Source: a bacterium | GTDB taxonomy: Bacteria; Acidobacteriota; Thermoanaerobaculia; Multivoradales; JAHEKO01 | DNA: 64,000 nucleotides | Reading direction: 5' to 3' | NCBI GenBank assembly: GCA_024224155.1 | Contig: JAAENP010000114.1 | Coordinates: 2,014 to 66,013 of the forward strand | In this document: one piece after another, positions 11,403 to 18,908 of the stretch | How positions within the stretch are numbered: position 1 is the stretch's first letter | How the letters are laid out: every line of letters begins with the position of its first letter | Program-made: the position numbers and the translations under genes | Notes under the pieces: generated by a model | Seen by the model: only the letters and a program-made list of their open reading frames with translations | Databases searched by the model: none | Told to the model about the DNA's origin: nothing

Positions 11403-12262
11403 TGTACCCAGCAGAGTTTCAATACCACCGCGCGTCGTCCGCACAGGAAGCTCTCGACCTGCTCGATCAGAACCCCGGGGCCAAGTTTCTGGCCGGAGGC
11501 CACAGCCTGATTCCGATGATGAAGCTGCGCCTGGCGCAGCCGGGCGTCTTGATCGACATCGGACGCCTCGACGAGTTCAAGGGCGTGACCCTGAACGGCG
11601 ACTCGCTCTCTATCGGCTCGCTCACCACGCACGCGGAGATCGCCGGCTCCGCGGAAGTCCGTTCGGGCTGTCCGATTCTCGCGGAAGCCGCCTCCAAGAT
11701 CGCCGACCCACAGGTTCGCAACAAGGGCACCATAGGCGGCAACATCGCGCACGCCGACCCGGCGTCCGACCTTCCGGCCGTGCTGGTCGCGCTCGGAGCC
11801 AAGATTCATTTGCGCAGTCAGGGCGGCGATCGGTCGGTCGCGGCCGCGGACTTCTTCGTCGATCTGCTCACCACCAGCATGGCCGAGAACGAGATCGTGA
11901 CCGAGATCGAGGTGCCCAGGCTGGGTGAGGGCACCGGCTCAGCCTATCTCAAGGTCGAGCACCCCGCCTCCGGCTACGCGGTCTGCGGGGCTGCCGCCGT
12001 CATGACCGTCGAAGGCGATGCCTGTACTTCGGCGAGCCTGGTATTCAACGGCGTCACCGCCACGCCGCTTGCGGCTCTGGACGTTGCCCGAGCCCTGGTC
12101 GCTGCCGGAGTCGGTGACGACGCCATCGAGGCGGCCGTCGATTCGCGGTTGTCGGTGCCTCAGCCGTTGAGCGATCTTCACGCCTCGGGCGAGTACCGAA
12201 CGGCCCTGGCGACCGCCTACGGTAAGCGGGCGCTCAAGAGAGCGCGCGATCGGGCGAGCTGA
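11402..12262 (+). CDS. Molybdenum hydroxylase FAD-binding medium subunit (CoxM-like)
   Basis: The start overlaps the preceding stop (TGATG). FLAGGHSLIPMMKLRLAQP and GTIGGNIAHADP are FAD-binding (PCMH-type) motifs. Confidence 0.9.
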   Translation: MYPAEFQYHRASSAQEALDLLDQNPGAKFLAGGHSLIPMMKLRLAQPGVLIDIGRLDEFKGVTLNGDSLSIGSLTTHAEIAGSAEVRSGCPILAEAASKIADPQVRNKGTIGGNIAHADPASDLPAVLVALGAKIHLRSQGGDRSVAAADFFVDLLTTSMAENEIVTEIEVPRLGEGTGSAYLKVEHPASGYAVCGAAAVMTVEGDACTSASLVFNGVTATPLAALDVARALVAAGVGDDAIEAAVDSRLSVPQPLSDLHASGEYRTALATAYGKRALKRARDRAS

Positions 12263-12279
12263 GGCGCCGCAGGTCGACG

Positions 12280-12591
12280 ATGCGCGACATCCTTCCTGAC
12301 CTCCGGACCTGGCAGAGCCAGGGCAAGTCGGTCGCGCTGGCCACGGTGGTCAAGGCCTGGGGGTCGTCGCCGCGCCCTTTGGGCTCCAAGATGGCGGTGT
12401 CGGCGGACGGTGAGATGGCGGGCTCGGTTTCCGGCGGCTGCGTCGAAGGGGCGGTCGTCGCGCAGGCCCTCGCCGTGATCGCGTCGGGCGAGCCGGCACT
12501 GGTCGAGTACGGTGTGTCCGACGACCTGGCCTGGAGCGTGGGGCTCTCCTGCGGTGGCACCCTCGAGGTCTTTATCGAACGGATCGGTTAG
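12280..12591 (+). CDS. xdhC: XdhC/CoxI family accessory protein, N-terminal domain only
   Basis: ALATVVKAWGSSPRPLGSKMAV...GSVSGGCVEGAV...GLSCGGTLEVFIE is the XdhC_CoxI domain. It ends at TAG 12589-12591. Confidence 0.8.
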   Translation: MRDILPDLRTWQSQGKSVALATVVKAWGSSPRPLGSKMAVSADGEMAGSVSGGCVEGAVVAQALAVIASGEPALVEYGVSDDLAWSVGLSCGGTLEVFIERIG

Positions 12592-12595
12592 GGCC

Positions 12596-13327
12596 TTGAA
12601 GCAAACCATCCTCGAAGAACTAGAGCGGCGGCTCGACGCCCATCAGACGGTGGCGGCTGTCACCGTTCTCGCCGGCCCGCTCGACGGTCAGGCTCTTCTC
12701 GACCGGAACGGTACGGTGATCGCGGGCGGCTTCGAATCGGAGGATCTTGCGGCGACGGTGGCGACCTCGGCTTCGAGCTACCTGGCCGAGATGCGTTCCG
12801 GCCGCGAGTCGATCTCGATCGACGGCGAGGTTCACGATGTCTTTTTCGAGGTCTACCCGCCGCCACCGCAGATCCTCGTGATCGGCGCGGTTCATGTCGC
12901 GATTCACCTAGTCGCGTTCGGCAAACGGCTCGGCTACCGCACGGTGGTGATCGATCCGCGAACCGCCTTCGCGACTCGCGAGCGCTTCGCTGCAGCCGAC
13001 GAGCTTCTGATCGACTGGCCGGCCGAAGCACTCGCGAAGATCTCGATAACCGACAACACCTACTTCGCTCTCCTGGCGCACGATCTCAAGATCGATTTGC
13101 CGGCGATCGAGGTCGCCCTGCGGAGCCCGGCCCGCTACATAGGCGCTCTGGGCTCGAAGAAAACCCACGCGAAAAGGGTGGCGGCACTGGCAGAGGCAGG
13201 CTTCTCGACCAGCGACATCGCTCGGATCCGCAACCCGATCGGCCTCGATCTCGGAGGTCGCAAGGCCGAGGAGATCGCGCTTTCGATCATCGCCGAGATG
13301 AGCGCGGTCCGCCATGGCCGCGGCTGA
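12596..13327 (+). CDS. xdhC: XdhC family accessory protein, C-terminal Rossmann-like domain
   Basis: Different frame from the preceding ORF. Candidate TTG start at 12596. ILVIGAVHVAIHLVAFGKRLGYRTVVIDPR is the XdhC C-terminal NAD-like fold motif. Confidence 0.75.
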   Translation: MKQTILEELERRLDAHQTVAAVTVLAGPLDGQALLDRNGTVIAGGFESEDLAATVATSASSYLAEMRSGRESISIDGEVHDVFFEVYPPPPQILVIGAVHVAIHLVAFGKRLGYRTVVIDPRTAFATRERFAAADELLIDWPAEALAKISITDNTYFALLAHDLKIDLPAIEVALRSPARYIGALGSKKTHAKRVAALAEAGFSTSDIARIRNPIGLDLGGRKAEEIALSIIAEMSAVRHGRG

Positions 13328-13931
13328 CACCGATGCCACCCCCCGGGTGACCGGCATCTTGCTGGCCGCCGGACGCTCGAGCCGCTTCGGCGGTCCTGTG
13401 CCCAAGCAGCTTCACCAGATCGGCGGCCAGAGCCTGGTCCATCGGACGGCTCGCGCCGCGCTGGCTTCCAAGCTCCACCAGATCCTGGTTGTCAGCGGCC
13501 ACTCCGCAGCCGAAGTCGGAGCGGTCCTCGCGGGTCTCGCGGTCGAGGTGGTTCACAATCCGGCTTTCGCCGACGGCCAGTCCACCTCGGTCAAGGCTGG
13601 ACTCTGCCGAGTCGAGCCCGAAGCCAAGGCGGCGATGTTCATTCCGTGCGACCTTCCCCATCTCGACGCCGGAGTCATCGACCGTCTGCCCGAGGCCTAC
13701 GGCGCCTCCGCCGCGGCCATCGTGGTTCCCACTTGTGGGGGCAAGCGCCGTGCGCCGGTGCTGATCGATCGGAGCCTGTTCGCCGAGATCCAAGGCATCC
13801 GCGGCGACCGTGGGGCACGGCAGCTGTTTCCGGACTACGAAGACGACCTCCTCGAGGTGGAGTTTGAATCTTCGGCGCCGTTCGAGGATCTGGATCAAAT
13901 CGAGAACTCCGAGCGCCAAGACCGAGACTGA
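13314..13931 (+). CDS. mocA: MobA-like NTP transferase, probable molybdenum cofactor cytidylyltransferase (MocA)
   Basis: GILLAAGRSSRFGGPVPKQL nucleotidyltransferase motif. It overlaps the xdhC end by 14 nt and is the last gene of the cox-like operon. Confidence 0.8.
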   Translation: MAAADTDATPRVTGILLAAGRSSRFGGPVPKQLHQIGGQSLVHRTARAALASKLHQILVVSGHSAAEVGAVLAGLAVEVVHNPAFADGQSTSVKAGLCRVEPEAKAAMFIPCDLPHLDAGVIDRLPEAYGASAAAIVVPTCGGKRRAPVLIDRSLFAEIQGIRGDRGARQLFPDYEDDLLEVEFESSAPFEDLDQIENSERQDRD

Positions 13932-13960
13932 TTCGGCCCGCGTGTCGGAAGCCTCTGGGC

Positions 13961-14132
13961 CGCGCTTCGGCGCCGATCGACAGTGCATCCAGCCCGGGGC
14001 CGCCTCGGGCTTCTCAGCCTGCCGATGCCAGGCCCTCGCCTGCGCGCCGCTACGCGCAAACCGTCAGAGACCTCCGACTCGATCTCCGGTGCGCTTGCGG
14101 CGAGCCCCCTGGCCGGCTGCCTGCCGAATCGG
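13961..14132 (-). repeat. MITE-like intergenic repeat family A, copy 1 (inverted relative to copies 2 and 3; terminal inverted repeat degraded)
   Basis: The reverse complement aligns along its whole length with 49517-49686. Exact shared blocks include GCAGCCGGCCAGGGGGCTCGCCGCAAGCG (29 nt) and TTGCGCGTAGCGGCGCGCAG (20 nt). Confidence 0.85.
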
Positions 14133-14168
14133 CTGGCCTCAGCGCGTCCGCGGCACATCTTCGAGCAA

Positions 14169-14410
14169 GAAGCGGTGTCGGCCTTGCCGACGCGAAGCCG
14201 TTTGAGGCGGTGCGAGCATCCAGCGTGGCGAATTGAGGGGGAGGCGAGGAGCAGCGATTTGCCCGCACCGCAGCGGGTCGCTCGGCAACACGGCTCCTAT
14301 TAGTAGGCCGCAGCGAGGAGACGCGCAAATCGCCCGAGACGACCCCTCCAAGAGCCCGCTGGATCGCACAAACCGAAAGGCTCGAGCGGTGGCAAGGCCG
14401 ACACCGCTTC
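14169..14410. repeat. 242-bp segment bounded by a perfect 20-bp inverted repeat
   Basis: GAAGCGGTGTCGGCCTTGCC (14169-14188) is the exact reverse complement of GGCAAGGCCGACACCGCTTC (14391-14410). Internal partial symmetry: GCGATTTGC / GCAAATCGC, and a central CGGCTCCTATTAGTAGGCCG. The right arm lies 10 nt from the osmC stop and contains a local hairpin GCGGTG-N10-CACCGC (14386-14407). Confidence 0.8.
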
Positions 14411-14419
14411 CGCTCCCCG

Positions 14420-14884
14420 CTACACGAACTCGAGCTCGGTCTCGATCTCCACGCAGTCCTTGAGGGTTCTCGCCACCGGGCAGAAGTCGGCGTGAAACTC
14501 GAGCACACGCGTGGCGGCGGCGCGGTGCTCTTCGCCCAGCTTCAGGTGATAGGTGACGTCAATGCGGCGGATCACCAGAACCTTGCCATTCTTGGCCACC
14601 GTTCCCCGGACCTCCGAGACCAGGTCGCCCTCCTCCAATCGCGGGCCGCGCGCTTCCAGCGCTCCGGCAAAGGTACCGGTCAGTCAGCCGCCGGCGGCGG
14701 CCACGACATAGTCGAGCGTGGTCGCAGTCGCGGGAAAGTCCTCGGGCCCGACGCCGTAGTGCGCCGCGATCTCCGAATGAACGCCGAACATCACCGGCTC
14801 ATCTTCGGCCGGCAGGAAAGCGCGACGAAGCGGCCCACGGATGCGCTCGATGCGGACCCTCGAAGTATAGACGTCGTCACTCAT
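14420..14884 (-). CDS. OsmC-family peroxiredoxin-like protein with an in-frame TGA (14686-14684) at the first conserved Cys position: candidate selenoprotein, or otherwise a pseudogene
   Basis: Track ORFs 14884-14684 and 14638-14420 share one frame. They are separated only by TGA plus 15 sense codons. The joined product (154 aa) reads ...TLDYVVAAAGG-[TGA]-LTGTFAGALEARG...FHADFCPVARTL..., which is the OsmC/Ohr fold pattern with the second Cys (CPV) retained. Confidence 0.7.
14645..14668 (-). promoter_or_regulatory. Candidate bacterial SECIS hairpin
   Basis: The mRNA sequence GCCG-GA-GCGC-UGGAA-GCGC-G-CGGC starts 16 nt after the UGA. The apical loop contains GG and lies about 26-30 nt downstream of the UGA. 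Confidence 0.45.
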
Positions 14885-14905
14885 TCGGATTCTCCCTCCG
14901 GCTCT

Positions 14906-15526
14906 TCATTCTGGATTCTGGAAGCATTCGACCGCACTCTCGTAGAGCTCGCCCAGGGCTCGGCCATCGATGAAAGCATGATTGATCTGGATGCCGACCG
15001 GCACCCAGAGCTCGCCGCGCTCTTCGTAGGGCTTGCCGAATGCAACTCGCGGTGCCGCATCGGTGGGATCGTCGGTGGCATGGGTAAACGTCCGAAACGG
15101 AACTCCCGGGATCGCGGTAAAGAAGATGTAATTGTCAGAGTCTTCCTTGGTCAGGTTCGGCGGTTGATCCGGATCCGGAAGCACGGCTTCGGCGTTGAAG
15201 CGCTCGACGTCGGGCGTGTACTCGAGGTGGGCGAAGCCGAATAGACCACCGGCCGCCGGCACCGTGATCCCCGGGTGAATCGAGTCGTAGAGGACGATGT
15301 CGCCGTCCTTGAGACGATAGCGGAAGTCCTCGAGCGGCTGCATGGCCCGGGTGAAGAAGTAGCAGAGGTTGAGGTAGGTTTTGAAGCCGCGCTCATCCAA
15401 AAAGGCCTTGAGACGGCTAAACTCCAGCGCGAAGGAAACCGAGTAGAACGGATTCCGGTAACCCCGGAAGAACTCGAAGATTTCCCTCCGGTAGTAGTTT
15501 TCTACGACGCCATACCCCACGAACAA
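14906..15526 (-). CDS. Chloramphenicol acetyltransferase-like (CAT fold) acyltransferase family protein
   Basis: 206 aa. The C-terminal IQINHAFIDGRALG resembles the CAT catalytic HHAxxDG segment. TTG start, so the exact start is uncertain. It lies 21 nt upstream of the OsmC gene. Confidence 0.65.
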   Translation of the reverse strand: MFVGYGVVENYYRREIFEFFRGYRNPFYSVSFALEFSRLKAFLDERGFKTYLNLCYFFTRAMQPLEDFRYRLKDGDIVLYDSIHPGITVPAAGGLFGFAHLEYTPDVERFNAEAVLPDPDQPPNLTKEDSDNYIFFTAIPGVPFRTFTHATDDPTDAAPRVAFGKPYEERGELWVPVGIQINHAFIDGRALGELYESAVECFQNPE

Positions 15527-15546
15527 CAGCCAGTCAGGAAGAAACC

Positions 15547-16365
15547 TTGATCCGAAACAGTATAGGCGAATGTCCCGACGAGTTGCGCGCGCGGCTCTCG
15601 AGCCAAGCCCATCTCTGGATCTCCGAACTGGACGTCTGGACCCGGGAAGCGACCAACGCGCTGCTGACTCCCGAAGAGCTGGCCCGAGCGCAAACCCTAA
15701 GGCATCCCGCCGCGCAACAAAACTATCTAGCCGGTCGTGCCCTCGTCCGAGCCGTGCTTTCCCACTACGCCGAGCTCGAACCGTCCGCCTGGACCTTCAG
15801 CGCCGGCCGCTTCGGCCGCCCCGAGCTCACCGGCCCGGAACCGGTTCCGAGACTGCGCTTCAACCTCACCCACACTCGCGGGCTGGCGGCATGTATCGTC
15901 ACCGCGACCGCCGACTGCGGTGTGGACGTCGAAGAAATCGAGCGCCCTCTCAGGCCCCTTCGAATCGCCGAACACAGCTTCGCGCCCGACGAGTTTCAGG
16001 ATCTGGCTCAACGGTCCGGCACCGAGTTGCGTGAACGATTTTTCTCGTACTGGACCCTCAAAGAGGCCTACTACAAAGCGCGCGGATCCGGCATTCCGTT
16101 TCGGCTGTTCGGCGCCCGTTTCGCCTTCTCCGGTGAGGTCGGACTGGCCTTCAGGCCCGCCGCGGACGAGCAGACCTCTGCCGGGGCCTGGCAATTCGAG
16201 CTCTTTCGCCCCACGGAAGACCACATCCTGGCCGTCGCGCTGGAGCCCGGCACCGAACGCCCTCTCGAGATCATGAGCTTCGGCAACTCGAACGACGGCC
16301 CTGCGACGGTCTTCGGCCGACTCGACCTGCTCGCGGTGCGCGCGACGGGGGCGGTCACGGTATGA
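15547..16365 (+). CDS. 4'-phosphopantetheinyl transferase, Sfp type
   Basis: FNLTHTRGLAACIV...CGVDVEEI...FFSYWTLKEAYYKARG motifs. The start (TTG 15547 or a downstream TTG) is uncertain. The stop overlaps the next start (ATGA). Confidence 0.8.
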   Translation: MIRNSIGECPDELRARLSSQAHLWISELDVWTREATNALLTPEELARAQTLRHPAAQQNYLAGRALVRAVLSHYAELEPSAWTFSAGRFGRPELTGPEPVPRLRFNLTHTRGLAACIVTATADCGVDVEEIERPLRPLRIAEHSFAPDEFQDLAQRSGTELRERFFSYWTLKEAYYKARGSGIPFRLFGARFAFSGEVGLAFRPAADEQTSAGAWQFELFRPTEDHILAVALEPGTERPLEIMSFGNSNDGPATVFGRLDLLAVRATGAVTV

Positions 16366-17273
16366 GCCCGCGGCGACTGGGCGCTCTTGCCATCTGCGCG
16401 GCCGCGGCTCTGTGGGGGCTCGACGGCGTCGTCCTGACGCCCCGGCTCTACAACCTGCCCGTGCTTCTGGTTGTTTTTCTGTTGCACGCGGTGCCGTTTC
16501 TGCTCATGCAACCGGTGCTGGCCAAATCGTACCTGCGGCTCCGTCGCCTGGACGGGGGTCAATGGGTCACTCTCGTCGCGGTGGCGGTGACCGGGGGGGT
16601 GCTCGGAACCCTGGCGATCGTACGGGCGCTTTTTCTTGTCGACTTCAACCAGCTCAGCGTCGTGGTCCTGCTGCAGAAGTTTCAGCCAGTCTTCGCCGTC
16701 GGCCTCGCGGCAATCCTGCTGCGGGAAAGGCTGACCAGAGGATTTCTGGCCGGGGCCGCCCTCGCCGTTCTCGGCGGTTACCTGTTGACTTTCGGCTGGC
16801 GCCTGCCGGACTTCTCGTCGGGTGCACGAACCACCGAAGCCGCGGGAACGGCGCTGCTGGCCGCGGCGTCGTTCGGCGCGGCAACGGTGTTCGGAAAGAA
16901 GCTCCTGGCTTCGCTTGATTTCGGCGATGCCACGTTCGCCCGCTACGGGCTTACCACGGCCCTCACCGCGGTGCTGCTCGTGGTTACCGGCACGGGCTTC
17001 CCCTTCGGCGGGGTCACTCCCGGAAACTGGATGACGATCTCCATCATCGCGGTCACGACCGGAAGCGGTGCGATCTTCCTCTTCTACTTCGGCCTTCAGC
17101 GAGTGCCTGCTCGAATCGCCGCGGTCTGCGAGCTGTGTTTGCCACTCTCCGCCGTTACGTTCGATTACTTCGTCAACGGTTCCGTGCTTTCTCCCATCCA
17201 GGTGGGCGGTGCGTTGCTGATGATCGGTTCGATCACCAGAGTCTCCTCGCTCGAAGAACAGCCCCATTCCTGA
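16362..17273 (+). CDS. EamA/DMT superfamily transporter
   Basis: 303 aa, about 10 hydrophobic segments, two EamA-like halves. Confidence 0.75.
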   Translation: MSPRRLGALAICAAAALWGLDGVVLTPRLYNLPVLLVVFLLHAVPFLLMQPVLAKSYLRLRRLDGGQWVTLVAVAVTGGVLGTLAIVRALFLVDFNQLSVVVLLQKFQPVFAVGLAAILLRERLTRGFLAGAALAVLGGYLLTFGWRLPDFSSGARTTEAAGTALLAAASFGAATVFGKKLLASLDFGDATFARYGLTTALTAVLLVVTGTGFPFGGVTPGNWMTISIIAVTTGSGAIFLFYFGLQRVPARIAAVCELCLPLSAVTFDYFVNGSVLSPIQVGGALLMIGSITRVSSLEEQPHS

Positions 17274-17294
17274 GTCACTCCCCGTTTTCCCGAA

Positions 17295-18908
17295 GTGACC
17301 AAGACCGAGATACCCGACAGGACATGGCGCTGGGCACTGATCGGCCTGGGGCTGGCGGCATTCGGGCTGTGCGCCACGATCGGGGTCGTAAGGGGCTGGC
17401 CCGAGCCCGACGTTCCGGACGAGCTCTGCTACCTCCTTCAGGGCGAGACTTTCTCGAAGTTTCACCTGGCCATGCCTCACCACCCCCTCTGGAAGCACTT
17501 TCAGTCGTTCTTCCTGATCCACGATCCCGTCTACGCCTCGAAGTATCCGCCCGGGCAGGGAGTGGCTCTCGCGATCGGCTTTGTACTGGGGCACCCAGCC
17601 ATCGGCCTCTGGCTGAGCATCGGCGCGTTGGGTCTGTCGATGGCCTGGATGCTGGCCGCCTTCGTGCCGAGGCGATGGGCGCTGTTCGGAGGTTGCCTGG
17701 TGCTCTTGGGGTTCGGCTTCGGACACGAATGGGCGCAAACCTACTGGGGTGGCGCGGTGGCCGGCATCGGCGGCGCGCTGCTCTTCGGGGGCTTCAAGCG
17801 CTTCGTCGACGCCTGGCGGCCCATGGACGGTGCCTGGATGGGCCTGGGCCTGGCCGTGCTGGCCAACTCGCGGCCCTACGAGGGGCTGGTCGTCGCGATC
17901 GTTCCGCTTCTGGTCCTGGCCACATTCTTTCTGCTCCGACTCGCGAAGGAGCCGAAGGGACCGGTGCTGCGCTCGATGGTCCCGTTGCTCGGGACCCTGC
18001 TGGCACTGACGGCATGGACAGGCGTCTATAACGCGCGCCTGACCGGAGACCCGATGATGATGCCTTACTCCAAGCACCACGCCGAGTACCCCACCATGTC
18101 GCTGTTCGCCTGGCAGAAGCTACCCAAGTGGAAACACAAGGAAATCTGGGTCTGGAACAGCTATCGCAAGGATGTGGCTCGAGGTCACTTCGCGAAGAAG
18201 AACCCTCCCGGCTTCGACCACCGGCGGGTCGCGCGCAACTGGCGCTACGCCAGGGCCTCGGTCTTGCCCAACTTTCTCCTGGGAGGCCTGCTGCTCGCGC
18301 CGTTCGCCTTTCGGAGACTGGCCGGCCCGGTGGCCGGCTTCACCCTGTTACTCCTGTTGGGGGCTCACCTCGTGGCGGTACCCTATCTCCCCCACTACTC
18401 CGCTCCTGGCCTGGCGGCGCTGGTTCTGCTTGTAGTCGCCGGTCTTTTCGAGCTGACACGGCTCGGGCGCCTACGCTACCTGAGCTACCTGGGCGTGCTC
18501 CTGGTTTCGCTCTCGGCAGCTCACTCCGCCTACTCTTCGGCCGTTACGGAACGCGAGCCGTCCTACCTGCGCCGGATGCGACCGCGAGTTCTCGAACGGA
18601 TTCTGGAACAGCCAGGCCGGCACGTGGTCCTGGTTCGCTACCACCATCGCCACAACCCTCATCTGGAATGGGTATACAACGGCGCCGAAATCGACTCTCA
18701 GGCGGTCATCTGGGCGCACGATCTCGGCGACGACTCAAACCGGCAGCTGCTCGAGTACTACTCGGACCGCACGATCTGGAGGCTCGAGGTCGGTGCTGTT
18801 CCCGAGTTCACCGAGGAGCCGTCGTTGGAGAAGCTGCGTGAAGCGGACTCGGGCTCCGCCGGCACCAAGGCGACAACTCAGGAAGGCGTCATAGCCGCGC
18901 CGGGCTGA
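17295..18908 (+). CDS. Polytopic membrane protein, possibly a GT-C-fold glycosyltransferase-like protein
   Basis: 537 aa, GTG start. The N-terminal two thirds are multi-spanning, followed by a soluble C-terminal domain. The family was not securely recognised. Confidence 0.5.
   Translation: MTKTEIPDRTWRWALIGLGLAAFGLCATIGVVRGWPEPDVPDELCYLLQGETFSKFHLAMPHHPLWKHFQSFFLIHDPVYASKYPPGQGVALAIGFVLGHPAIGLWLSIGALGLSMAWMLAAFVPRRWALFGGCLVLLGFGFGHEWAQTYWGGAVAGIGGALLFGGFKRFVDAWRPMDGAWMGLGLAVLANSRPYEGLVVAIVPLLVLATFFLLRLAKEPKGPVLRSMVPLLGTLLALTAWTGVYNARLTGDPMMMPYSKHHAEYPTMSLFAWQKLPKWKHKEIWVWNSYRKDVARGHFAKKNPPGFDHRRVARNWRYARASVLPNFLLGGLLLAPFAFRRLAGPVAGFTLLLLLGAHLVAVPYLPHYSAPGLAALVLLVVAGLFELTRLGRLRYLSYLGVLLVSLSAAHSAYSSAVTEREPSYLRRMRPRVLERILEQPGRHVVLVRYHHRHNPHLEWVYNGAEIDSQAVIWAHDLGDDSNRQLLEYYSDRTIWRLEVGAVPEFTEEPSLEKLREADSGSAGTKATTQEGVIAAPG

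Noticed and set aside
12589-12598. Stop-codon recoding (Sec/Pyl) at the XdhC split
   Set aside because: The stop is TAG and the downstream domain is in a different frame. No Pyl machinery is evident. A split gene or frameshift is the simpler explanation.
13983-14303. Small ORFs in the repeat-bearing spacers taken as real proteins. Examples: 13983-14303, 13810-14205, 26059-26271, 26163-26393, 49512-49697, 49588-49914, 56408-56809, 3258-3543
   Set aside because: Their shared peptide strings (LRRAPWPAACR, PRLRAATRKP, ETLRFARGQA) are simply translations of the DNA repeats, in both orientations. They have no RBS and Arg/Pro-rich composition.
14906-15526. Calling the CAT-fold protein a chloramphenicol-resistance determinant
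   Set aside because: Only the fold-level catalytic segment (INHAFIDG) is recognisable and the N-terminus is atypically short. The CAT fold is used by many unrelated acyltransferases.
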